DNA of 63,681 nt, counting the filler. It is 4 parts of 4 records of this genome, joined end to end, with 100 filler letters (N's around TTAATTAATTAA, not from the genome) between each part and the next. Parts side by side here need not be neighbours in the genome. Positions count along the whole stretch, not along the records: positions 12,077 to 27,638 come from SRR20825010_943; positions 27,739 to 36,596 come from SRR20825010_947; 2 more parts are not named here. The stretch is one strand, 5' to 3'. The notes beneath the pieces are model-generated. The model did not search any database. It was not told where the DNA came from and worked only from the letters and a program-made list of their open reading frames with translations. Positions within the stretch are counted from its first letter, which is position 1. Each line of letters begins with the position of its first letter. The position numbers and the translations under genes are program-made. This document shows, piece after piece, positions 21,536-29,839 of this stretch.

Positions 21536-21667
21536 ATGTCAAAACGGTCATATCATCATGCAAAACGGTCCCATCGTCGCATTCGCAGGCTTGCCCGCGA
21601 AGCGAGCCGTATGGCGCCTCTCGGTGCAGGCCGGGCCGCAGCAACATCAACTGCAGCTTTTGTTTAA
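21536..21667 (+). CDS. 43-aa basic small protein (not in ORF track)
   Basis: GAGGAG SD 6 nt before ATG. MSKRSYHHAKRSHRRIRRLAREASRMAPLGAGRAAATSTAAFV*. The stop lies 12 nt before the GntR start. Confidence 0.55.
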   Translation: MSKRSYHHAKRSHRRIRRLAREASRMAPLGAGRAAATSTAAFV

Positions 21668-21679
21668 GGGGAAGAGCAT

Positions 21680-22039
21680 ATGACGCCGGATTGGACGGAT
21701 GACCAGCCGATCTACCGGCAACTGAAGGACAAGGTAGTTACGGCCATTATGGAAGGCTCTCTCCGCGAGGGTGAAGCCCTTCCGTCGGTACGTAACGTAG
21801 CTGTGGATTTGCAAATAAATCCAATCACTGCCTCAAAAGCCTATCAGGAGCTGGTAATGGACGGTTTGGTAGAAAAACGACGCGGGCTTGGTATGTTCGT
21901 GGTCGATGGCGCACGGGATCGGCTCACAGAAGCCGAGCGTGATCGCTTTCTAAACGAAGAATGGCCCCGCGTGCTGGAAACAATCCGCCGCCTTGGGCTC
22001 AACACTGAAGAACTGCTGAAAAGCAGCAAGAACCATTAA
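21680..22039 (+). CDS. GntR regulator, YtrA subfamily
   Basis: PIYRQL, LPSVR, INPITASKAYQEL, RRGLGMFV; short C-domain; precedes ABC genes. Confidence 0.92.
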   Translation: MTPDWTDDQPIYRQLKDKVVTAIMEGSLREGEALPSVRNVAVDLQINPITASKAYQELVMDGLVEKRRGLGMFVVDGARDRLTEAERDRFLNEEWPRVLETIRRLGLNTEELLKSSKNH

Positions 22040-22050
22040 GGGAGGCAGAT

Positions 22051-22926
22051 ATGACACAAGAGAAAAACAACAATCTCGTCGTTGAAGCCAAGGGTCTTGC
22101 CAAAAGCTTCGGCAATTTTCATGCCCTCAAGGGCGCAACATTTTCCATCCCGCTTGGCCGCATTGTGGGCGTTATTGGTGCAAACGGCGCCGGTAAAACC
22201 ACCATGCTCAACGCGGTTCTTGGCCTTTCATCTTATGATGGGGACCTGAAAGTTCTCGGGCTTGATCCCTCAAAGGATCGGGACGCGCTGATGAAAGACG
22301 TTTGTTTTATTGCAGATGTCGCAACGCTGCCGAAATGGATGAAGGTTGTGGAAGTGCTGGACTTCGTTGAAGCCGTACATCCGCGGTTTAACCGCGAAAA
22401 GGCGATGAATTTCCTCTCCCGCACCAAAGTGCCGCTGGAGCGCAAGGTTCGCGCGCTTTCAAAAGGTATGACAGTGCAGTTGCACCTGGCTGTTGTTATG
22501 GCGATCGACGCCAAGCTGCTGGTGCTGGATGAGCCAACCCTTGGCCTTGATATCATCTTCCGTAAACAGTTTTATCAAAGCCTTCTTGAAGAATATTTTG
22601 ATGAAGACCGCACGGTTATCATCACCACCCACCAGGTGGAAGAGGTGGAGCATATCCTCTCTGACGTGATGTTCATCAAGGATGGTGAAATTGTTCTTGA
22701 AGCCGATATGGACGAACTTACCCAGCAGTTTATCGAGGTAATGGTCGCGCCCGGCAAGGAAGAAGAAGCCATGGCACTTGGGCCGATCACAAAAGGATCG
22801 ACCTTCGGTAAAGCAACGTGCGTCTATAAAAATATTGACCGCGAGAAGCTGGCAAAACTGGGCGAAACGCGCCGCCTGGGCCTGGCTGATATCTTCGTGG
22901 CGACAATGACAGGAGAGGGGCAATGA
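22051..22926 (+). CDS. ABC transporter ATP-binding protein
   Basis: GANGAGKTT, LSKGM, LLVLDEPT, H-loop. Confidence 0.95.
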   Translation: MTQEKNNNLVVEAKGLAKSFGNFHALKGATFSIPLGRIVGVIGANGAGKTTMLNAVLGLSSYDGDLKVLGLDPSKDRDALMKDVCFIADVATLPKWMKVVEVLDFVEAVHPRFNREKAMNFLSRTKVPLERKVRALSKGMTVQLHLAVVMAIDAKLLVLDEPTLGLDIIFRKQFYQSLLEEYFDEDRTVIITTHQVEEVEHILSDVMFIKDGEIVLEADMDELTQQFIEVMVAPGKEEEAMALGPITKGSTFGKATCVYKNIDREKLAKLGETRRLGLADIFVATMTGEGQ

Positions 22927-23855
22927 ATACCTTTGTAGCCCTTGTTAAACGCGAGGTACTGGACGGCAAAAACGGGTATATCCGGGTGCCGGTTATTCTG
23001 GCAGGCCTGACTGTGGCGCTTGTTATCCTATCGAGCCTTGGTTTCGGCAACATGCTGTATTTTGATGGCATGGAGCATGAAGGTATCGAGAATTTGGCTG
23101 ATGCCATGAACAAGGCGGCGACACGTGAGCCGGAAGAGTTCCCTGCGGCCGTGACGATCGGTTACTGGGCCATGAGCATGCTGGCGTGGATTGCGCTGCC
23201 GTTCGTGATCTTCTTCTCGCTTCTGGGCGCACTTTATGAAGAGCGTCGTGACCGTTCGATCCTGTTCTGGAAATCCATGCCGGTTTCTGACTGGGCTGAG
23301 GTTCTGGCCAAGTTTTTTGCTCCCATCGTGATCGCGCCCCTGGCCTTTCTCGGGGTTGCGATTGCCGCGCAGTTGATCATTGCTGTGTTCCTGAGCATTT
23401 TGATGGTCTTCCAGGGCGGCCCCGTGCTTGACCTGTGGCCGCTTGGCCTGATGATCACCAGCTGGTTTACGGTGATCTCCCACTATCTGATGTGGGCTTT
23501 GTGGGCGCTGCCGGTTCTGGCCTGGGTACTGCTGGTTTCGGCTTATGCATCCCGCATGCCTTTCCTCTGGGCGATCCTGACACCATTTGTTGCGATCATT
23601 GTTGAGGAATTGTTCCTGGATACCCATATGATCGGTCGCTGGTTTGCTATCCACCTGGGTGGTTGGCAGGACGGTGCGTTCGCGCAAGTGTCAGACAATT
23701 TCGATGGCCCGCGTGATGTGTTGATGGCAGTTATGAACGGTATGCAGTGGCACAGCATAAGCTATAGCCTCACGAGTCCTGCCTTCTGGCTCGGTCTGGT
23801 GATTGCAGGCGGGTTGCTCTTCGGAGCGGTAGAGCTTCGCAAGCGCGCTTTCTAA
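22923..23855 (+). CDS. ABC-2-type permease
   Basis: Multiple TM helices, LYEERRDRSILFWKSMPVS motif, ATGA overlap. Confidence 0.88.
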   Translation: MNTFVALVKREVLDGKNGYIRVPVILAGLTVALVILSSLGFGNMLYFDGMEHEGIENLADAMNKAATREPEEFPAAVTIGYWAMSMLAWIALPFVIFFSLLGALYEERRDRSILFWKSMPVSDWAEVLAKFFAPIVIAPLAFLGVAIAAQLIIAVFLSILMVFQGGPVLDLWPLGLMITSWFTVISHYLMWALWALPVLAWVLLVSAYASRMPFLWAILTPFVAIIVEELFLDTHMIGRWFAIHLGGWQDGAFAQVSDNFDGPRDVLMAVMNGMQWHSISYSLTSPAFWLGLVIAGGLLFGAVELRKRAF

Positions 23856-23880
23856 GCAACGAGCGCTATAAAAGAAAAGC

Positions 23881-23911
23881 ACGGGCTGCCATTTTGGCGG
23901 CCCGTTTTTTT
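23881..23911 (+). terminator. Intrinsic terminator of the ABC operon
   Basis: ACGGGCTGCCA/TGGCGGCCCGT stem followed by a T-run. Confidence 0.85.
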
Positions 23912-23935
23912 GCTTTGGCAGGGTAGGGTGAGAGG

Positions 23936-23965
23936 AAAAAAGGGCCGCACCCTTGATGCGGCCCT
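23936..23965 (-). terminator. Intrinsic terminator of the MCP gene
   Basis: AGGGCCGCA/TGCGGCCCT stem with an A-run on the + strand. Confidence 0.75.
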
Positions 23966-23988
23966 GCATGTTTGCGGGTTGATAAAGC

Positions 23989-24846
23989 CTAGCGCAGTTT
24001 GTCTAGGAAAGCCTGAACGCTGCCACGAAGGGCAAGGCCTTGTTCCTGCAGCGCTTTGATCTGGGCGTTCACGGCTTCAGATGCCTGGCCTGTACGCGCC
24101 GTGGCATCCTGCATGCGCGCGAAGTCACCTATCACCCCGCTGGTGCCTTCTGCGGCCAACGCGGCACTCTGGCTGATCTCCTGGCTGGCCTGCGCCTGCT
24201 GGCCCACGGTCGCGGATACTTCTGAGGCAATCTCATCTACCTCGGTGATCCGAGTGCTGACACGCTCAAACGCGGTAACCGCGTCTTTGGTGGCGTCCTG
24301 CAACTCGGCGATCTGCTGGGAAATTTCATCTGTTGCTCGTGCGGTTTGCGTGGCAAGCGCTTTTACCTCGCTTGCAACCACGGCAAAGCCGCGGCCAGCT
24401 TCGCCCGCGCGTGCGGCCTCGATCGTGGCGTTAAGGGCAAGCAGGTTGGTCTGTGACGCAATATCATTGATCAGCTTGATCACGTCGCTGATCTTCTTGC
24501 CGGATTCGTTCAGGGTGGCGATCAGGCGGGCGGCCTCGGACGCCTCATTAAGCGCCTGTTGGGTTACCTCTGCCGCGCGGCCCATATGTTCGCTCACATT
24601 CGCGACAGACGCCGAAATCTCTTCGGTGGCGCTTGCAACCGCGTTCACGCTGCTGCCAGCGTTCTGGGCTTTATGGGAAGCCTCAGACATGCCCAGGCTG
24701 GTTTCTTCAACCGCGCTCGTCATGGTCTCTGAAGCAGCTTCAAGCTCATCTGTGGAGCTGCCCATGCGGTCAATTGCCGCCATTACCGATTTTTCAAACT
24801 CGATAGAAAGATTGTGAACGTCTAAACCGGCTTCAAAATCTGCCAT
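23989..24846 (-). CDS. Soluble MCP signalling-domain protein
   Basis: IASQTNLLALNATIEAARAGEAGRGFAVVASEVK hairpin; no TM or sensor domain; GGAGGG SD before ATG 24846. Confidence 0.88.
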   Translation of the reverse strand: MADFEAGLDVHNLSIEFEKSVMAAIDRMGSSTDELEAASETMTSAVEETSLGMSEASHKAQNAGSSVNAVASATEEISASVANVSEHMGRAAEVTQQALNEASEAARLIATLNESGKKISDVIKLINDIASQTNLLALNATIEAARAGEAGRGFAVVASEVKALATQTARATDEISQQIAELQDATKDAVTAFERVSTRITEVDEIASEVSATVGQQAQASQEISQSAALAAEGTSGVIGDFARMQDATARTGQASEAVNAQIKALQEQGLALRGSVQAFLDKLR

Positions 24847-25070
24847 TATGGTCCCCTCCGTGCTGCAGCAGTGCACCTGCTACTGATTATTTTGCCCCGT
24901 CAGGCGAGGAGCGAATGCATCCGCCTATGCCCGATTGGATAGTACACTAGGGTAAAAAATCGAATGACAAAAGAGGGAAGGTGGTGCGTGTGGGTAGTAT
25001 CTGAATGTATATCAGCGGGCAGTTGTTTTTAGGGCTTGCAAATCTTCATTAATTGTATATATGTACAAAT

Positions 25071-25415
25071 ATGAAAATAAATGAAGCGATATTGGCGCTC
25101 AGCGCACTGGCTCAGGATACCCGGATGCGGGTGTTCAGGCTTCTGGTTCGGCACGGCAACACAGGGTTGCCAGCGGGGCAGATTGCCCAGGAATTGGGCG
25201 TGAATGCGACCACGCTCTCAAGGCATCTGGCGCTGATGGAAGGTGCTGGTCTTGTTGGTTCAGAGCGGCAGATGCGCTCGATCATCTACCGCGTTGACTT
25301 TGGTGCAGCGCGAAGCCTGATGAGCTTTTTGATGGAAGATTGTTGTGCTGGTGACCCGCGGATAACGGGCGAGGCGCAACCCGATACAGCAGGCTCACCC
25401 TGCTGTGATGCATAG
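25071..25415 (+). CDS. arsR: ArsR/SmtB regulator
   Basis: ALAQDTRMRVFRLL, GQIA, LSRHL; C-terminal EDCCAG and PCC. Confidence 0.82.
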   Translation: MKINEAILALSALAQDTRMRVFRLLVRHGNTGLPAGQIAQELGVNATTLSRHLALMEGAGLVGSERQMRSIIYRVDFGAARSLMSFLMEDCCAGDPRITGEAQPDTAGSPCCDA

Positions 25416-25427
25416 AGGAAGACAGAG

Positions 25428-25865
25428 ATGAAACGGTTACATGTGCACGTTGGTGTAAAAGATATGGATGAGGCAATCGCCTATTATACCGCCATGTTTG
25501 GCGCCGAGCCCGTGAAGGTGAAAACGGATTACGCGAAATGGGCACCCGATGATCTGGGGGTTAATTTTGCGGTCTCAAAATCATGTGGGTGTGGAAGCTC
25601 CGGCGGCGGTGTTGGCCACCTGGGTGTTGAGGTGACGGATGATGACGAGCTTGCCCGCATTGGCATGCGCCTTGACGCGGCCAAAGCCCCCATGCGTGTG
25701 GACGGTGACGTAAGCTGTTGTTACGCCAAATCCAAAAAGGCATGGTCCGAAGACCCCGCTGGCGTGAAGTGGGAATTGTTCCGCACCTACGGGGACGCGG
25801 AAGAACTGGCGCCGACGCTGGTGGGTGAACGCGACCTCGAAGGGTTTTCTGACCGAGCAAGCTAA
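25428..25865 (+). CDS. ArsI/CadI-family VOC metalloenzyme
   Basis: MKRLHVHV, DYAKW, HLGVEV, vicinal SCCYAKS.KAW..DP.G..WE. Confidence 0.85.
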   Translation: MKRLHVHVGVKDMDEAIAYYTAMFGAEPVKVKTDYAKWAPDDLGVNFAVSKSCGCGSSGGGVGHLGVEVTDDDELARIGMRLDAAKAPMRVDGDVSCCYAKSKKAWSEDPAGVKWELFRTYGDAEELAPTLVGERDLEGFSDRAS

Positions 25866-25868
25866 GGC

Positions 25869-26297
25869 TTAGCCTTTTGAGGGGTGCCAATCCTTGTCGG
25901 CCAACTCATAGCTGAGAAACTCAAAGCCGGGCGAGACTGTGCACCCGCATAAGGTCCAGTCTCCCTGGCTTGACGCATGCTGCCATAAATTGCCGGGTAC
26001 CAGAACCTGCGGCCGTTGGCCGATATCAAAGTTTGTCCCCAAGGTGTGCTTGGTGATTTCCATGGCAGGGTTGGCGATCTGGAGTGTGAGCGGCGCGCCT
26101 GCGTACCAGTGCCAGATTTCGTCACCGTCTGTGCGGTGCCAAAGCGCCGTGTCCTTGCCCTCAAGCAGATAATAGATCGCGGTACTGAAGCCGCGTTCCG
26201 AAGGGCCATCATCATGCTGGTAGGTGCGGCGGTAGAAACCGCCCTCAGGGTGCGGTTTGAGCGACAAAAGCTCGATCATATCTTGTGCGGTTGTCAT
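25869..26297 (-). CDS. DUF985 cupin
   Basis: LKPHPEGGFY, STAIYYLL, EIWHWYAG, CTVSPGFEF. Confidence 0.9.
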   Translation of the reverse strand: MTTAQDMIELLSLKPHPEGGFYRRTYQHDDGPSERGFSTAIYYLLEGKDTALWHRTDGDEIWHWYAGAPLTLQIANPAMEITKHTLGTNFDIGQRPQVLVPGNLWQHASSQGDWTLCGCTVSPGFEFLSYELADKDWHPSKG

Positions 26298-27205
26298 TCA
26301 GACCCCAGTTCATAAAGCGCGATAGCGGCGGCAACCGATACGTTCAGGCTTTCCACGTTGCCTGACATCGGTATCTTGACAATAGCGTCACATTGGGAGC
26401 GGACAAGGGGGCGCAGGCCTTTGCCTTCCGAGCCCATGACGATCACGAGGTTGTCGCCAAGCGTGACACCGCGCACTGAATTGTCCGTATGGCCATCAAG
26501 GCCGATGTGCCAATAGCCCATCTCGCGCAGGCTGCCGAGTGCTTGATTAAGGTTGGTGACCTGAACCCACGGCAGTATCTCAAGCCCGCCCGAGGACGCC
26601 CGCGCGAGAGTGCCGGATTCGCTAGGGCTATTGCGGTCTTGCGTGATAAGGGCGCGGGCGCCAAAGGCTGCGGCGGTACGGATACAGGCACCTACATTAT
26701 GCGGGTCAGTCACCTGATCCAGCATCAGGATGATGTTCTTCTGCCCCTCTATGGGCTCAAGGGTCGCGAGGTCAACGCCGGGCAGGGGGCGAACCTCAAG
26801 CAGGATGCCTTGATGAGGGGAATCACCGGGCACAGCGGCTCGAAGCACGGTTTCGTCTTCAATTCTGTCAACACGCAGGCCTGCGCGGATAGAAGTCAGG
26901 TCTGAACTGAGCGCCTTCTCAAGCCCGATCAGGCGCACGCATTCCCGCGCCGGGTTTTTAAGCGCTGCTTCAACCGCGTGCCGACCAAAGAGGAAAAAAC
27001 CATCCTTTTTAAGCGGCGCGATGGGTTTATGCGGCGCTGCGGGGCGAAAGTGTGACGGTTTGTGTGGCGCAGGTGTGGCAGAGGGCGCGCGCCGGGAGGC
27101 CCCCGTATTTGCTGGGCCTGAGGCTTTTTTTCCCGATTTTGGGTGTGGCGCCACACCGCGAGGCGAGGTTGCTTTGTTGCTGCGGCCTTTATGTGTTTTT
27201 TTCAT
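26294..27205 (-). CDS. rlmB: 23S rRNA Gm2251 methyltransferase
   Basis: GRHAV, HQG, LDQVTDPHNVGA..R, GSEGKG, ESLNVSVA; divergent from tRNA-Tyr. Confidence 0.9.
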   Translation of the reverse strand: MKKTHKGRSNKATSPRGVAPHPKSGKKASGPANTGASRRAPSATPAPHKPSHFRPAAPHKPIAPLKKDGFFLFGRHAVEAALKNPARECVRLIGLEKALSSDLTSIRAGLRVDRIEDETVLRAAVPGDSPHQGILLEVRPLPGVDLATLEPIEGQKNIILMLDQVTDPHNVGACIRTAAAFGARALITQDRNSPSESGTLARASSGGLEILPWVQVTNLNQALGSLREMGYWHIGLDGHTDNSVRGVTLGDNLVIVMGSEGKGLRPLVRSQCDAIVKIPMSGNVESLNVSVAAAIALYELGSE

Positions 27206-27331
27206 CCGCCATCTCAGGTGCTGTTGTTCAGAATTGCTCTATTCCCGGCTTACCGGTCTGTTGTGACATACGCCAAAGCGCCTATGATTTAAAGCTGTTT
27301 GAAAAAAATGGAGAAACGTCTGAACTTGATG

Positions 27332-27366
27332 TTGACATGCTTCCATATATGCGCATATTGCGGCCT
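27332..27366 (+). promoter_or_regulatory. Sigma70 promoter for the tRNA operon
   Basis: TTGACA-N16-CATATT followed by a GC-rich discriminator. Confidence 0.55.
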
Positions 27367-27444
27367 CACCGCGACGCTGGAACGGAGCGCCCCCGAAGTC
27401 GTAAGTTTGGGGTTCAAAATTTCAGCGGTCTATAAATACATAGT

Positions 27445-27529
27445 GGAGGGATTGGGGAGCGGTCAAACCCATCAGACTGTAAATCTGACGCCTTCGGCTT
27501 CGCAGGTTCGAATCCTGCTCCCTCCACCA
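27445..27529 (+). tRNA. tRNA-Tyr(GTA)
   Basis: GGAGGGA/TCCCTCC acceptor, TCAGA-CTGTAAA-TCTGA anticodon arm, long variable arm, TTCGAAT, CCA. Confidence 0.97.
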
Positions 27530-27609
27530 CTTACCTTCCTCGACTTGAGCTCGTTTGCGGGCTTCTGCCCTGGAAGGCTTGTTGTGTTCGAGAGGAGCCG
27601 CTGGCTTGT

Positions 27610-27638
27610 GCGGGTGTAGCTCAATGGTAGAGCAGAAG
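27610..27638 (+). tRNA. tRNA-Gly, 5' fragment (anticodon beyond contig end)
   Basis: GCGGGTGTAGCTCAATGGTAGAGCAGAAG after tRNA-Tyr, the usual Tyr-Gly-tuf arrangement. Confidence 0.75.
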
Positions 27639-27738
27639 NNNNNNNNNNNNNNNNNNNNNNNNNNNNNNNNNNNNNNNNNNNNTTAATTAATTAANNNNNN
27701 NNNNNNNNNNNNNNNNNNNNNNNNNNNNNNNNNNNNNN
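27639..27738. other. Artificial contig spacer
   Basis: N44-TTAATTAATTAA-N44. Confidence 0.99.
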
Positions 27739-28350
27739 CACCGTTTTCATGAACTCCTGGTGCTCGCGTTGTGCATTGGTCAACAACACCACATCAGGAT
27801 TCACCAAGTCCGCCAGGTAATCAATCTCACCCAGGTGATTCATGCCCATTTCAATCACGGCCACCTGATGACCGTCGCGCAGCCTGAACAACGTTTGGGG
27901 TACGCCAATGTCGTTGTTCAAATTGCCTGCAGTCACCAACACCTTGTCGCCGCCAAAATGCGCTTTGCAAATGCTGCCCAGCATTTCCTTGCTGGTGGTT
28001 TTGCCATTGCTCCCCACCACAGCCAATACTTTTAAATCAAAACGCGCCCGCCAGGCCTTGGCCAAAACACCCAAGGCAAGCCGTGTGTTCTTGACCACAA
28101 ACTGCGCAATGGGTACATCGAGAACTCGGTCTGTCACCAGAGCAGCTGCACCGGCATTGCAAACCTGTTCTGCGAAGTCATGTGCATCAAACCGCTCGCC
28201 AACCAAGCACACAAAAAGATCGCCTTTGCTCACCTGTCGACTGTCTGTTTGAACAAGACGAACATCGCCATTGACCACAGGTGCAGCCTGAACCAGTTCC
28301 GAAGCCAAAGCTGTCGCGACATCGTGCAAGGGCCAGTTCATCTCAAGCAT
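27739..28350 (-). CDS. murF: MurF ligase (3' truncated)
   Basis: TDSR, GERFDAHDF, GSNGKTTSKE, GNLNNDIGVP, EMGMNH.GEI. Confidence 0.95.
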
Positions 28351-29839
28351 GCTCACCTCGCCTGCTTAGAAAAGACTGGGCACACCGCGCATCGGAATGT
28401 TCAATGACCTGGATGCCAATGGTTTGCGTGTCTTCATGTCCTTTGCCGGCCAACAACACCACATCCCGATCGTCAGCGCTGCAAACTGCAATTTCAATGG
28501 CCGTTACGCGATCCACTTCAACCCGAACTTTCTCGGCCAAGCGCGCATCAACGCCAGAACGAATTTCGTCAACAATCACCTGGGGTGATTCGCTTCGTGG
28601 ATTGTCAGATGTAATCAGCACGACATCTGCATGCTCTGCGGCAATTGCACCCATCAGCGGGCGCTTGCTGCGATCTCGATCACCACCACAACCAAACACC
28701 ACCCACAATTTTCCCTTGCGTTTTTCTGCCAAAGGTCGAAGTGTTTGCAAGGCCTTTTCCAGGGCATCGGGCGTGTGCGCGTAATCAACAATCACAGCGG
28801 GCTGATCGCCAATTGGCTGCATACGGCCTGGTGGCGGGGTTACGCTGGAAAGCGCCGAAAGTACATTGCTCGTCGCGTGCCCCAGCTGTGTCAACAGGGC
28901 AAAAACCAGCGCCATATTGTCGGCATTGAAATCGCCAATGACAGTGGTTTCAAACTGTGTCAGTACGCCGTCAATTATCAGCTGGATCCGCTGGCCGTTC
29001 TCGAGATGAGCCACATCAAGCAATTGGCAATCTGCGCCGTGTGAACGACCCACCGAGACACATTCAACATTGCGGCTTTTTACCAAAGCCTGAAATTCAA
29101 GCCCGAAGGCATCGTCCACATTCACCACAGCCGATCGCAAGGTGGGCCAGCTGGCCAGTATCAGTTTGGATCGGGCGTAGGCCGCCATGTCACCGTGATA
29201 ATCCAGGTGATCTTGAGACAAATTCGTGTACGCAGCCACATCAATGCTGACACACGCCAGCCGGCGTTGCTCCAGGCCAATCGAAGAAGCCTCAAGACAC
29301 ACCGTGTCGAATTGCGCTTGCCGCAATTCATGCAGAATTTTATGTACGCCAACCACATCTGGCGTGGTCAAGCCCGTGTGCTCCTTCAGGTCGTCGGGAG
29401 CACCATAACCCAGGGTACCGATTACCGCCGCTTTCTTGCCCAAAGCATTCAAGGCCTGCGCCAACCAGCGTGTCACCGTGGTTTTCCCGTTCGTACCAGT
29501 GACGGCAATCACAGTCATCGCGTCGCTCGGTGTTTCGTAATAACCAAACGCAAGCTCAGCCAGCATGGTTTTCAGATTCAGCACGGGCACCACACTTGCA
29601 CTTTGATATGCCCGCTGGTCATCGTAATCCACCAACACCAAGCCACAGCGCTGTTCGCGCAACAAATCATCCGCCAGCTTTCTAGGATCAAACTTTTCAC
29701 CGGGCACGGCAAGAAACACATCTTGCGGCCCAGTAAGGCGGCGATGATCGGTTACCAACCCAGAGCAATCGGCGTAAAAGCCGCGCTCATGCAGTTCCGC
29801 CAACACTTCGGTCACTGAATGCAAGTAAGCGCTGATCAT
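28343..29839 (-). CDS. murE: MurE ligase (meso-DAP type)
   Basis: VTGTNGKTT, TTPD, DHLDYH, DYAHTPD, DNPR, AGKGHE. Confidence 0.96.
   Translation of the reverse strand: MISAYLHSVTEVLAELHERGFYADCSGLVTDHRRLTGPQDVFLAVPGEKFDPRKLADDLLREQRCGLVLVDYDDQRAYQSASVVPVLNLKTMLAELAFGYYETPSDAMTVIAVTGTNGKTTVTRWLAQALNALGKKAAVIGTLGYGAPDDLKEHTGLTTPDVVGVHKILHELRQAQFDTVCLEASSIGLEQRRLACVSIDVAAYTNLSQDHLDYHGDMAAYARSKLILASWPTLRSAVVNVDDAFGLEFQALVKSRNVECVSVGRSHGADCQLLDVAHLENGQRIQLIIDGVLTQFETTVIGDFNADNMALVFALLTQLGHATSNVLSALSSVTPPPGRMQPIGDQPAVIVDYAHTPDALEKALQTLRPLAEKRKGKLWVVFGCGGDRDRSKRPLMGAIAAEHADVVLITSDNPRSESPQVIVDEIRSGVDARLAEKVRVEVDRVTAIEIAVCSADDRDVVLLAGKGHEDTQTIGIQVIEHSDARCAQSFLSRRGEHA

Noticed and set aside
21138-21650. 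170-aa hydrophobic minus-strand ORF resembling a membrane protein
   Set aside because: It is a shadow of the A-rich/T-poor plus strand (T-rich codons give F/L/V), has no recognisable family, and is antisense to the operon.
24847-24950. Possible c-di-GMP riboswitch upstream of the MCP (GGGGCAAAA)
   Set aside because: I could not find the tetraloop/receptor or second stem of the class I aptamer; an Infernal scan would be needed.
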